51,311 nt of DNA, taken from Gemmatimonadales bacterium (lineage in GTDB: Bacteria > Gemmatimonadota > Gemmatimonadetes > Gemmatimonadales > GWC2-71-9). Below are positions 8,865 to 17,802 of the stretch, one piece after another. Both the position numbers and the translations under genes were made by a program. The stretch covers positions 1 through 51,311 of the forward strand of contig JBIOTT010000050.1 of assembly GCA_044866195.1 (NCBI GenBank), read 5' to 3'. How positions within the stretch are numbered: the first letter of the stretch is position 1; each line of letters begins with the position of its first letter. Below the pieces are notes generated by a model. That model was not told where the DNA came from. It saw nothing but the letters and a program-made list of their open reading frames with translations, and searched no databases.

Positions 8865-10043
8865 CTACCCGATCATGCCCTCGCCGGCCAGCGGCAGCTC
8901 CAGCACGAATCGGAAGCGGGTGCCAAACTGGGGCGCGGTCTCCACCTCGAGGGTGGAGCCCATCGCCTCGACCAGCTTCCGGCAGATCGAGAGACCGAGC
9001 CCGGAGCCGGAGAAGGCGTACTCACCCTGCTTCTGGCGGCGGCGGAACGGCTCGAAGAGGGTGGCCATCGACTGCGGTGGAATGCCCCGGCCGGTGTCCC
9101 GCACCGAGAACTCGACGCCGCTGCCCGAGACCTGGCGCGCCGCCACCTCGACGAATCCCTCGGCGGTGAACTTGAGCGCGTTGGTCGTGAGGTTGAGCAG
9201 CACCCGGCTCAGCGCCACCGGGTGGCCGATGCGAAAGTCGGCCTCGGGTGGCGACAGCCGCACCGTGAGCGATTTCTCCTCCGCGATCGGCAGCACGATG
9301 TCCCTGACAGACTCCAGGATGTCGGTGATGGAGAACGGAATCGGATCGAGATCGACCAGGCGGTCGCCGCCGCGGGCCAGCTCGATCACATCGCTCGCCA
9401 CCGAGCTCAGCCCGAACGCCGCGCTGTAGATCAGGCCGAGCTGCCGCTCCTGCACCGTGTTCACCACCCCGCTTCGGCCCCGCTGCAGCGTCTCGGCCAG
9501 GAAGAGGATCGAGGTGAGCGGCGAGCGGAGGTCGTGAGCCACCTCGACCACGAGCTCGAGACCATCGGGCCCACCCAGGCGGTCGGTGAACCGCTGCGAC
9601 CAGTCCACCTCCAGGCGCTGGGTGATGCGCTCTACTGCGCCCAGCAGCCGGAGCACCTGGGCGGTCTCAGGGGGCGGCGACAGCGTCTCCAGCCGCTCGA
9701 GCAGCGCCGCTCGAATCAGCGCCACCAGCCGGCGCGAGAGCGCGTTCCGCGGGACCAGCCCCAGATCCGGATCCTGGCCAATCGCGGCCTGGCGCATCGC
9801 CGCGCAGAGGTAGGCCACGTGAGCCGCCACCTCTTCGGGCGACGCCGCGTGTTCGACCACGCTCTCCCAGCGTGACTGGACCGCCAGCACGCTGTCGCGC
9901 AGGCTGTCCCACACCGCCGGTGCAAGCCCGCCGCCCGACGGACCCTCGGGGTCCCACACCCGCACCGGGACGGCGTAGGTCGGGCCGGACGCCCGCCGAC
10001 GCTCCCCGCTGCTGGAGTGGGGCCGCGCGGTGTCTGACTTCAC
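8865..10043 (-). CDS. Sensor histidine kinase (HisKA + HATPase_c), with no predicted transmembrane segment
   Basis: The H-box is HDLRSPLTSI and the N-box LLNLTTNALKFT. G1 is VRDTGRGIP and G2 is GSGLGLSICRKLVE. The start is set at GTG 10043, which overlaps the TGA of the upstream response regulator (GTGA). There is no in-frame ATG before the catalytic core. Confidence 0.8.
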   Translation of the reverse strand: MKSDTARPHSSSGERRRASGPTYAVPVRVWDPEGPSGGGLAPAVWDSLRDSVLAVQSRWESVVEHAASPEEVAAHVAYLCAAMRQAAIGQDPDLGLVPRNALSRRLVALIRAALLERLETLSPPPETAQVLRLLGAVERITQRLEVDWSQRFTDRLGGPDGLELVVEVAHDLRSPLTSILFLAETLQRGRSGVVNTVQERQLGLIYSAAFGLSSVASDVIELARGGDRLVDLDPIPFSITDILESVRDIVLPIAEEKSLTVRLSPPEADFRIGHPVALSRVLLNLTTNALKFTAEGFVEVAARQVSGSGVEFSVRDTGRGIPPQSMATLFEPFRRRQKQGEYAFSGSGLGLSICRKLVEAMGSTLEVETAPQFGTRFRFVLELPLAGEGMIG

Positions 10044-11566
10044 TCGGGAGTCCCCGGACTCTCTTCGCGATGAAACTCGTGCTTGTCCATCAACCGGTAC
10101 AGCGTCGTACGATCGATGCTGGCCAGGCGGGCGGCCTTCGACATGTTCCCGCCGGCACGGCCGATCAAGCGCCCCAGGTACTCGCGCTCGAACTGCGCCA
10201 CGATCCGGTCTTTGGCCACGTGGTAGGCCTCGTCCATCACGCCGGCCGGGATCGCGCTCTCGGCCGGCCATTCCGCGGCGTCCTCGTAGATCGGGATGTC
10301 GTTCGGCTGGATGACCTGGTCGGGCTCCGCCAGCACCGCGACATGCTCGATGACGTTCTGGAGCTCCCGGACGTTACCCCGCCAGGGTCGCGAGCGGAGG
10401 AAACCGATGCTGGCGTCGCTCAGGCGCGGGACCCGATCGCCCATCTGCCGGTGACGGTGCCAGTAGTAGGTGAGGAAATGGTTGGCCAGCAGCGCGATGT
10501 CCTCCTGCCGCTTGCGGAGCGGGGGCAGCGCGATCGGCACCACCCGCAGGCGGTAGAAGAGGTCGCTTCGCAGGACGCCTTCGTCCACCGCTTCCTGCGG
10601 GTCTCGATTGGTGGCGGAGATGAACCGGACGTCGACCACGGCATCCACCTGCTCGCTGCCGACCCGCCGGACCACCCCATCCTGGATCACCCGGAGGAGC
10701 TTCGCCTGCAACGGCATGGACATCTCAGTGAGCTCGTCCAGGAAGAGCGTCCCGCCGTTGGCGGTCTCCAGCAGGCCGGGCTTGTCGCGATCGGCTCCGG
10801 TAAACGAGCCCTTCTTGTGCCCGAACAGCTCGCTTTCCAGCAGCCCTTCGGGGAGCGCGGCGCAGTTGATCGGCACCAGCGGCTTGTGCGCCCGCCGGCT
10901 GTACTGGTGAATGAACTGGGCGATCACTTCCTTGCCGGTGCCGCTTTCGCCGCTGATGAAGACCGACGCGTCGGTGCCGGCGACCTTACGGGAGAGGTCG
11001 ACCGCTTTGCGGAACGGCGGCGAGATGCCGATCAGGGCCATCTTCTCGCTCTGCCCGTTCTGCTTCATCAGCTGCAGCCGGAGATCCTGCGCCTCCCGCC
11101 CCACCATGACGGCGTGCGAGGCTCGGCCGATGAGCACCTGCAGATGGGTGGCGGAAAATGGCTTCGGGAGATAGTCCCAGGCGCCGGCTCGAAGCGCCTC
11201 GATGCTGCTGGTCACGCTCGGGTTGCCGGTCATGACCACGACGATCGTGTCCTTGAAGGCCTCGAGCGCTGCCTGGAGGATCTGCAGCCCCGAGATCTGG
11301 GACATATAGAGATCGACGAGGATGATGTCGAACTTGCGCCGCTTGACGGTATCGAGGGCTTCCTCGCCCCGACCGATCAGGGTCACGTTGTAGCCGTCCA
11401 TCTGCAGGACACTGGCGCAACTTTCCCGCAGCGTGCGCTCATCATCCACCACGAGCACCCGGATGCTGGCCTTTACGTCGCCCGGGATCGACAGCGGGTC
11501 GCGCGCAGGGGCCTCAGGACCAGCCGGCCCGGCGTGCGGCGACGACGATGCGAGCGAACTGCCCAT
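10040..11566 (-). CDS. NtrC-family sigma-54-dependent response regulator (REC + AAA+ + Fis-type HTH), PrsR-like
   Basis: The receiver reads IRVLVVDDE...ILVDLYMSQISG...LPKPF. The AAA+ Walker A is GESGTGKE and the sigma-54 contact loop is GSFTGA. Other motifs are LFLDEL and RVVPIALPPLRKRQEDI, with a C-terminal HTH (NMSKAARLASIDRTTLYRLM). ATG 11566 is preceded by AAGGAGAG. Confidence 0.9.
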   Translation of the reverse strand: MGSSLASSSPHAGPAGPEAPARDPLSIPGDVKASIRVLVVDDERTLRESCASVLQMDGYNVTLIGRGEEALDTVKRRKFDIILVDLYMSQISGLQILQAALEAFKDTIVVVMTGNPSVTSSIEALRAGAWDYLPKPFSATHLQVLIGRASHAVMVGREAQDLRLQLMKQNGQSEKMALIGISPPFRKAVDLSRKVAGTDASVFISGESGTGKEVIAQFIHQYSRRAHKPLVPINCAALPEGLLESELFGHKKGSFTGADRDKPGLLETANGGTLFLDELTEMSMPLQAKLLRVIQDGVVRRVGSEQVDAVVDVRFISATNRDPQEAVDEGVLRSDLFYRLRVVPIALPPLRKRQEDIALLANHFLTYYWHRHRQMGDRVPRLSDASIGFLRSRPWRGNVRELQNVIEHVAVLAEPDQVIQPNDIPIYEDAAEWPAESAIPAGVMDEAYHVAKDRIVAQFEREYLGRLIGRAGGNMSKAARLASIDRTTLYRLMDKHEFHREESPGTPE

Positions 11567-11734
11567 GCAGACTCTCCTTAGCGCTGGTACCGGTCGGAGG
11601 CGAGGCGCTCGCAAGTGGGGGCGCCCCTGGCTGGGCCGGAGGCCCGAGCGGCAGCCACCTGAGCAGACGACGTTCCACAACTCGGGTACAAGACCTTTGA
11701 ACAAGCCGTGGCGTCACTTGGATACAACACCGTG

Positions 11735-11750
11735 CGGCACGTGTCAAGCA
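11735..11750 (+). promoter_or_regulatory. Candidate sigma-54 -24/-12 promoter upstream of the wzc-like gene
   Basis: The site reads cGGCACGtgtcaaGCA, with GG and GC at consensus spacing (TGGCACG-N4-TTGCW). It lies 245 nt upstream of ATG 11995. A weaker second site, TGGggggaactTcGC, is at 11869-11883. Confidence 0.35.
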
Positions 11751-11994
11751 GCTCAGTGTGATTCGAGCCACAGGTGTTTGCCGACACCGCGCAACGACGT
11801 GCAAGGTCCGTGCAACAGACCTGTCGCGAGTCACATCCCCCGCCGCCGGGGGGCCATATCGTTACACTTGGGGGGAACTTCGCCCGGGGTCGCTTGCCGC
11901 CAGCTTCGCGGTCCTTAGTTTGCAGTGGCGGGGGACCGTTTCCGCGACATGGGGCGTTTCGCCCGAACGATCTCCAGGAGCAACGGATCAGACC

Positions 11995-14400
11995 ATGGCT
12001 GGCAATCTTCTTCCTTCAGGCGATCCGCCCGGCCCGCTCGTACAACCCCCGGCCGCGACTCCCGCTCCTGCGCTCGATTACGATCTGACGCCGTTTCAGC
12101 CGCCTGCGGACGCCGGCGGTATCCCCTGGCGCCGCTACATCTCGGCGCTGCGCCGGTACAAGTGGCTCATGCTCCTGGTGATCATGGTGGGCACCGGCGC
12201 CACCGTGCTCGCCACTCGATTCATGAAGCCGCAGTACACCGTTCAGGCGACCATCTGGATCGAGAGTCCAGCCGGCCGGGGCGGCCCGGTGCGGGCCAAT
12301 TCGGTGGTAGAGGGCTACAACTGGGTCGAGCTGCTCACGACGTTCACCGTGCTCGACACGGTGGTCGCCCGCGAGCGGCTCTACCTCACGTTCACCGACC
12401 CCAAAGACTCCGTCCTGTTCACCAATTTCAAGCTGCGGGAGCGCTTCCGGCCCGGATCGTACGTGCTGCAGACCGACAAGTCCGGGCACAGCTTCAGCCT
12501 GAAGTCCGGCGAAGGACTGGCGGTCCAGCAGGGGAAGACCGGTGAGCCGGTCGGCACCCGCATTGGCTTCGAGTGGACCCCGCCGAGCGACCGGCTCACC
12601 CGGAGCAAGGGACGGAAGGTCGAGTTCAAGGTCACCAGCCCGCGCGATGCGTCCATCGAGCTCCGCACCCAGCTCACGGCGCTGATGAAGGAGCAAGGCA
12701 ACTTCCTGCGGCTGATGCTGGTGGGGACCAACCCGGTCCGCCTGACCACCACCATGAACGCGCTGATCAACCAGTACGTAGACGTCGCCGCCGAGCTCAA
12801 GCGCCGCCGCCTGGCCGAGCTGTCGGCGATCCTGGGCCAGCAGCTCGACACGGTCGGGCGCCAGCTGCGGGACGCGGAAGGCCGGCTGGAGGGGTTCAAG
12901 GTCCAGACCATCACCAAGCCGAGCGAAGCGACTGTGCTGTCGCCCGGCACGGCGCAGACAACCGGCACCGTAGTCACCCGCTACTTCCAGCAGAAGCTCG
13001 CGGCGGAGGACCTGCGGCGCGACCGGGAAGCGCTGGAGACGGTATTGGCCCGAGCCAAGGCCGGCGACCTTGCCGTCGACGCCTACCAGACCATCCCCTC
13101 GGTCCGCAGCGCCCCGGATCTCCAGGGCGCTCTCAAAGAGCTGTCGACCGCCGAAGCGGAGCTCCGCACGCTTCGCTACCGCTACACCGAGGAGTACCGG
13201 CCGGTCCAGGAGCTTCAGCAGCGGATCAAGGAGATCCGGGATCAGTCGATTCCGGCTTACACCAACGCGCTGGTCGCCGCCCTCAAGCAGCAGGAGAACG
13301 ACCTGCGCCACCTGGTGACCGCGTCGTCCAAAGAGCTGGAGCAGATGCCGGCGCGCTCGATCTACGAGCAGCGCTATAGCCGCGAGGTCCAGAGCATCGC
13401 GACCATCTACAACGACCTGCAGAACCGGTACGAATCAGCCAAGCTGGCTGAAGCGAGCGCGATTCCCGACGTCCGGATTCTCGACCCCGCCGTGCTGCCT
13501 GAGCGCCCCACCAGCAACAGCGCGTCCCGGCTCATCCTGATGGGCTTCATGGCCAGCACGGGGCTGGCGCTGGCGCTCGCGATCTTGCTCGATCAGCTCG
13601 ACAAGCGATTCCGCTATCCGGAGCAGGTGACCAACGATCTCGGGCTGGCCATCTTCGGCGCGATTCCGGCCATCAAGAACCTGAAGAGCGGCAAGGAAGA
13701 CGTCGAAGAAGCGGCCCACGTCGTGGAAGCGTTCCGCGCGATCCGCCTGAACCTGCTTCACTCCTACGGCATGGGCCCGGTGCTGCTCACGGTCTCGAGC
13801 CCCGGGCCGGGCGACGGCAAGTCGCTGGTGTCGTCGAACCTGGCGCTCTCCTTCGCGGAGGCGGGCTACAAGGCCGTGCTGGTCGATGGCGACATCCGCC
13901 GGGGCGAGCTCCACCGCATGTTCAAGGCGGACCGGATTCCCGGACTCATCGACTACCTGATGAAGCAGGCCTCCCTGGACCAGGTCCTGCGGCCGACCAC
14001 CCACCCCAACCTGATGCTGCTGCCCTGCGGCACCCGGCGCCATTCGGGACCGGAGCTCCTCGGCTCGGGCACCATGACCGAGCTGATCGGAGCCCTGAAG
14101 GGCCGGTTCAACGTGGTCATCGTGGACAGCCCCCCGCTCGGCGCCGGGATCGACCCGTTCGTGCTCGGCACCGTCACCGGCAACATCATGCTGGTGCTCC
14201 GGTCGGGCGAGACCAATCGCCAGATGGCCGAGGCGAAGATTCGCCTGCTCGATCGGCTGCCGGTCCGGGTGTTGGGCGCGGTGCTCAACGATATCCGGAC
14301 CACCGAGAGCCAGTACCAGTACTACTCGTACGTGTACGGCTACACGTCCGACGAGGAAGTGCCGAAGCTGGTGGAAGGACCGAAGGGCGACGTCAGGTAA
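11995..14400 (+). CDS. wzc: Polysaccharide co-polymerase / BY-tyrosine autokinase (Wzc/GumC-type, PEP-CTERM-locus type)
   Basis: The Wzz-type N-terminal TM segment is YKWLMLLVIMVGTGATVLA. A long coiled-coil periplasmic region and a second TM follow. The P-loop kinase has Walker A SSPGPGDGKS, Walker A' VLVDGDIRRG and Walker B VIVDSPP. The C-terminal Tyr cluster is QYQYYSYVYGY. Confidence 0.88.
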   Translation: MAGNLLPSGDPPGPLVQPPAATPAPALDYDLTPFQPPADAGGIPWRRYISALRRYKWLMLLVIMVGTGATVLATRFMKPQYTVQATIWIESPAGRGGPVRANSVVEGYNWVELLTTFTVLDTVVARERLYLTFTDPKDSVLFTNFKLRERFRPGSYVLQTDKSGHSFSLKSGEGLAVQQGKTGEPVGTRIGFEWTPPSDRLTRSKGRKVEFKVTSPRDASIELRTQLTALMKEQGNFLRLMLVGTNPVRLTTTMNALINQYVDVAAELKRRRLAELSAILGQQLDTVGRQLRDAEGRLEGFKVQTITKPSEATVLSPGTAQTTGTVVTRYFQQKLAAEDLRRDREALETVLARAKAGDLAVDAYQTIPSVRSAPDLQGALKELSTAEAELRTLRYRYTEEYRPVQELQQRIKEIRDQSIPAYTNALVAALKQQENDLRHLVTASSKELEQMPARSIYEQRYSREVQSIATIYNDLQNRYESAKLAEASAIPDVRILDPAVLPERPTSNSASRLILMGFMASTGLALALAILLDQLDKRFRYPEQVTNDLGLAIFGAIPAIKNLKSGKEDVEEAAHVVEAFRAIRLNLLHSYGMGPVLLTVSSPGPGDGKSLVSSNLALSFAEAGYKAVLVDGDIRRGELHRMFKADRIPGLIDYLMKQASLDQVLRPTTHPNLMLLPCGTRRHSGPELLGSGTMTELIGALKGRFNVVIVDSPPLGAGIDPFVLGTVTGNIMLVLRSGETNRQMAEAKIRLLDRLPVRVLGAVLNDIRTTESQYQYYSYVYGYTSDEEVPKLVEGPKGDVR

Positions 14401-14402
14401 GC

Positions 14403-14426
14403 CGGGGTGGGGCCGCGCCCCGCCCG
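14403..14426. terminator. GC-rich hairpin between convergent genes (possible bidirectional terminator)
   Basis: cggggtgggg (14403-14412) pairs with ccccgcccg (14418-14426), allowing one bulge and a G-U pair. It lies in the 31-nt gap between the wzc stop and the convergent GGDEF gene stop. Confidence 0.3.
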
Positions 14427-14431
14427 AGAAG

Positions 14432-15361
14432 TCAGTTCGAGAGGTTGACCGAAGGCGACTCGAACGAGCGAATCCGCTCCGAGTCGCCTTCGCGTTGCAG
14501 ATCCCGGAGCGCGGTGGTCGCGCGCAGCAGCAGCTCGAGGACGTCCACCGGCGAGCGGGCAAAGTCGGGAACGGCGCAGTAGCCGGCCCTCACCCGAAGC
14601 TGAATGCCCCCGCCCGAAGCGGCCTCTAATGCGGTCCCCAGCCGGCTCGCCAGCCGAGTGGCGCCTGCCGCGCCGGTACTCGGCGCGAGGATCGCGTATT
14701 CGCCGGAGCCGATGCGCCCAACCGCATCGGAAACCCGGCTTGCCCGGCGAAGCAGCTGTCCGACCAGCGCGTCGACCCGCGAGTCCCCGCCGTCGGCAGC
14801 CTCGACATCGTCGGCTTCTGCTCCCAGGACCACGCACGCGAGGGGTTCGTGCCGTCGCGAAGCCTCGGCGCCCATCTCCCGGGCGCGGTGGGCGAGCCCG
14901 GTGCGGGAGTAGAGCCCCGACACCGGATCGAGCAAGCTCTCGCCGCGAAGCCGGTCGAGCTCGAGCTTCGCTCGGAGAAAGGTGCGGAGCTTGAGAAGCA
15001 GCGTGTCGCCGTCGAGGGGCTGGCCGAAGAACTCCCAGGCCCCGGCCTCGAATGCCTCGATCCGCTGAGAGCGTCCGGAAGGTCCTGCGGTCGTGATGAT
15101 GATCGGCGTCGCCGGGCCCACCAGCTGATCGTCCCGGAGGCTGCGACATACATCAAAGCCGTGCATGTCGGGCATCTGGGCGTCCAGCACGATGACGTCC
15201 GGTTGGTGCTGCCGAATCCCTTCGAGCGCCTGGTGCGCCGTGAAGGCCCGTACGACCCGGAACCCGTTGGGCGACAGAATGCTTTCGAGCGACCTGGCCG
15301 ACCACTCCTGATCGTTCGCGATGAGCACCAGCGGTTCGCGGGTCATCTCGAAGCTCGTCAT
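14432..15361 (-). CDS. Response-regulator receiver fused to a degenerate GGDEF domain (I-site retained, active site lost)
   Basis: The receiver carries the phospho-acceptor context DVIVLDAQMPDMHG. The GGDEF domain starts at DPVSGLYSRTGL. The signature region RVSDAVGRIGSGEY (14696-14737) aligns with the canonical RxxD-x4-(R/K)xGG(D/E)EF. The start is uncertain: TTG 15373, ATG 15361 or ATG 15346. Confidence 0.8.
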   Translation of the reverse strand: MTSFEMTREPLVLIANDQEWSARSLESILSPNGFRVVRAFTAHQALEGIRQHQPDVIVLDAQMPDMHGFDVCRSLRDDQLVGPATPIIITTAGPSGRSQRIEAFEAGAWEFFGQPLDGDTLLLKLRTFLRAKLELDRLRGESLLDPVSGLYSRTGLAHRAREMGAEASRRHEPLACVVLGAEADDVEAADGGDSRVDALVGQLLRRASRVSDAVGRIGSGEYAILAPSTGAAGATRLASRLGTALEAASGGGIQLRVRAGYCAVPDFARSPVDVLELLLRATTALRDLQREGDSERIRSFESPSVNLSN

Positions 15362-15827
15362 TAGGCTCAACAATCTCAGCAGCTAGGGTGGCCGGGGGTC
15401 CGCGGGCGCGGAGGCCACCATTCGGACGTGTAGGCGCTCCTTCTCACGCAGAAGTTGTGCGCTCTCGACTCTCGTCCCCAATCACTTGTCTACCAGTTAT
15501 TTACGCCTCTGCGACCGGTTTCTGGCCACTAGAAGCGCGGCAGCGGTGCAACATTTGGGAGGTCTGGGCGCCACGCCCCACCCGTCGTGGCCTGTGGCGC
15601 CCAAGCCTCTCGGGCGTCGCCCCGATGCAACGTTAGGCCTCGCCTCGCGGGCTGGCAGCGGCGGGCGCGTCCAGCCGTAACCGGTTGAATATCAGCGACT
15701 TAGACCCAGCATCCCAGGCGAGGTTGGCCCGCTTCGAGCCGGGGGGCATCCCGGCGTCAAGCTTGAAGTAACAGGCTGGCGAGCCTTGTCAGTAGCGTTC
15801 TCCGCTCGAGGAGCAATCGAGTTGGTT

Positions 15828-16055
15828 ATGGACTGTCCCACGAACGACCCTTCCGAGCGGCCGGACACCCCGCGTGGCCCGGACGCGAGCGACCCAACCG
15901 AACGGGTCACCCACGGCGCCGAGGAGGAATCGGGCCTGGCAGCCGGGCTACGTCGCTTCAGTCGCCGTCTGGCGACGTTCGGACTGGGAGAAGCGCAGCG
16001 ACCCCTGCTCACGGAGGAGATCTGGTCGCAGGACGTCAAAGGGAACCCGCGGTGA
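15828..16055 (+). CDS. Possible small acidic protein (75 aa) in the long wza leader region
   Basis: The ATG at 15828 has GAGGAG 14 nt upstream. Third-position G/C is about 80% by hand count. No family was recognised, so this could be non-coding. Confidence 0.2.
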   Translation: MDCPTNDPSERPDTPRGPDASDPTERVTHGAEEESGLAAGLRRFSRRLATFGLGEAQRPLLTEEIWSQDVKGNPR

Positions 16056-16078
16056 TTGCATTCCGCAGGCGATCAGCC

Positions 16079-16093
16079 TGGCACAACCTTCGC
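16079..16093 (+). promoter_or_regulatory. Candidate sigma-54 -24/-12 promoter for the wza-PGT-exosortase-epsI operon
   Basis: The site reads TGGCACaaccTtcGC: a perfect -24 hexamer with GC at the exact -12 spacing. It lies 126 nt upstream of ATG 16219. Confidence 0.45.
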
Positions 16094-16218
16094 GGCCGGG
16101 CCGACGTGTCGTGCATCCCGTCACCGGCCAGTTACCGATGGGTTTTACTATCTCCCGCGATCGGGTCGGTCGCGTTGCCCGAACCGGTCACTGAAACTTG
16201 AGTCAGGAGCCCAAAAGG

Positions 16219-17034
16219 ATGAGTGGAAGCCCCCGTCGCAGTGTTCAACAGCGCGCCGCGACGGTGATCGCGATCATGACTGGCTTGGTACTGGTGATAG
16301 GCGCGGCGGGATGCTCGGGCGGGCATCGACCGCCCGAGACGACGCCCAAGCCTCAGAATAAGGACAATGCGCCTGCGGCACCGAGAGCCATGGCGACGCG
16401 GGCAGAGCTGGAGGCGCTCGCGGCTGGCAAGTCGGGTGAGGCCAGCCAGGAAGAGATCAAGCTGGTCCGCGAACGCTTGGCGCACGGCGATCTCCAACCG
16501 GGCGATCGGGTCGCGCTCCGAGTGCTGGGCGAGCAGGGCCTGACCGACACGTTCACGGTCAAGCCGACCCGGACCATTCTGCTGCCGAATATCGGTGACG
16601 TCTCGGTGGATCGCGTGCTCCGTTCGGAGCTCAACGATCACCTCCGGAAAGAGGTCGGCCGGTTCATCCGAAACCCGCAGCTCGAAGCAACCGCGCTGGT
16701 TCGCATCTCACTCACGGGCTCTGTCGGCAAGCCGGGTTTCTACAATCTACCGGCGGACGTCCTGGCCAGTGACGCCATCATGGCCGCGGGAGGTCCGGGG
16801 TCCAAGGGGGATGTGACTAAGACCGAGATCCGCCGGGCCGGCCTGATCGTCGCCTCCAAGGAGGCGACCGGTGAGGGGATCCAGCGGGGTGCCTCGCTCG
16901 ACCAGCTCAACGTGCAGAGCGGCGACGAAATCGTCGTGGGCAAGGCCGGCGAGGGCGTCGCAGGTGTGCTGAAAACCATGGGCATGGTGTCGGGCGCGCT
17001 GTTCGGCATCGTCGCCATAAGCCGACTGTTCTGA
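16219..17034 (+). CDS. wza: Polysaccharide export outer-membrane lipoprotein (Poly_export + SLBB, Wza-like)
   Basis: AGGAG lies 10 nt upstream of ATG 16219. The lipobox is LVIGAAGC. The Poly_export-type segment is LQPGDRVALRVLG...ILLPNIGDVSV and the SLBB-type segment is VRISLTGSVGKPGFYNLP...LNVQSGDEIVV. A C-terminal hydrophobic helix (MVSGALFGIVAISRLF) ends the protein. Confidence 0.8.
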   Translation: MSGSPRRSVQQRAATVIAIMTGLVLVIGAAGCSGGHRPPETTPKPQNKDNAPAAPRAMATRAELEALAAGKSGEASQEEIKLVRERLAHGDLQPGDRVALRVLGEQGLTDTFTVKPTRTILLPNIGDVSVDRVLRSELNDHLRKEVGRFIRNPQLEATALVRISLTGSVGKPGFYNLPADVLASDAIMAAGGPGSKGDVTKTEIRRAGLIVASKEATGEGIQRGASLDQLNVQSGDEIVVGKAGEGVAGVLKTMGMVSGALFGIVAISRLF

Positions 17035-17795
17035 TGACCAGCGTCCAACCGGACTCAATAATGGAGCGGTTCCGAGAACGGACACCCGGCTTGCCGGCCG
17101 CGAATGGGCACCTCCGCCGGCCAGCGCTGGCGGGGAACATCGTCCAGGATCGGAGCGACGCCGCCACCCGCGCCTGGGTCAATACCTTGCTCGCCATCGT
17201 CGCGCTCGTGGTGCTTTCACCTCTCATGCTGCTCATCGCTCTGGTGGTGAAGCTCACCTCACGCGGCCCGGCGCTCTACACCCAGACCAGGGTCGGCCTC
17301 GACCGGCGGGTGCCCGGCAGCGGCGCGGATAATCACCAGCGCGCGCTCGACCTCGGAGGCAAGCCGTTCACCATCTACAAGTTCAGGACGATGTACCTGG
17401 ACGCCGAGCGGCAGAGCGGCGCCGTCTGGGCCAGCAGGGACGACGCCCGAATCACCCCGGTGGGCCGCTTCCTGCGCCAATACCGGCTCGACGAGCTTCC
17501 CCAGCTGTTCAACGTGCTCAGAGGGGAGATGAACATCGTGGGCCCCCGCCCCGAGCGGCCCACGATCTTCGCCGCGCTGACCCAGGACATCGCGGAGTAT
17601 CCCCTCCGCCAGCGGGCCAAGCCGGGCATCACCGGTCTCGCGCAGATCAACCATCATTACGACGAGTGCCTCGACGACGTGCGGAAGAAGGTCCAGTACG
17701 ATCTGGAGTACATTCAGCGGCAGGGTTTGCTGGAAGACTTCAAGATCATGCTCAAGACGATCCCCGTCGTGTTGCTCCGCCGGGGAGGCTGGTGA
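17034..17795 (+). CDS. Undecaprenyl-phosphate sugar-1-phosphate transferase (small bacterial sugar transferase, priming enzyme)
   Basis: It has a single N-terminal helix (LLAIVALVVLSPLMLLIALVVKL). PF02397-type motifs are YKFRTM, DELPQLFNVLRGEMNIVGPRPERP and KPGITGLAQI. The start overlaps the wza stop (TGATG). Confidence 0.88.
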   Translation: MTSVQPDSIMERFRERTPGLPAANGHLRRPALAGNIVQDRSDAATRAWVNTLLAIVALVVLSPLMLLIALVVKLTSRGPALYTQTRVGLDRRVPGSGADNHQRALDLGGKPFTIYKFRTMYLDAERQSGAVWASRDDARITPVGRFLRQYRLDELPQLFNVLRGEMNIVGPRPERPTIFAALTQDIAEYPLRQRAKPGITGLAQINHHYDECLDDVRKKVQYDLEYIQRQGLLEDFKIMLKTIPVVLLRRGGW

Positions 17796-17802
17796 CCTCG
17801 CA

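Noticed and set aside
8805-11581. Plus-strand ORFs 8805..9875 (356 aa) and 9872..11581 (569 aa) antisense to the histidine kinase and NtrC-type regulator.
   Set aside because: They show no domain signatures. The opposite strand encodes complete, motif-rich HK and AAA+ proteins.
11611-11625. A minus-strand GGCGCC...TTGC element upstream of the regulator gene, as a possible autoregulatory sigma-54 promoter.
   Set aside because: The GG-to-GC spacing is one nucleotide longer than consensus.
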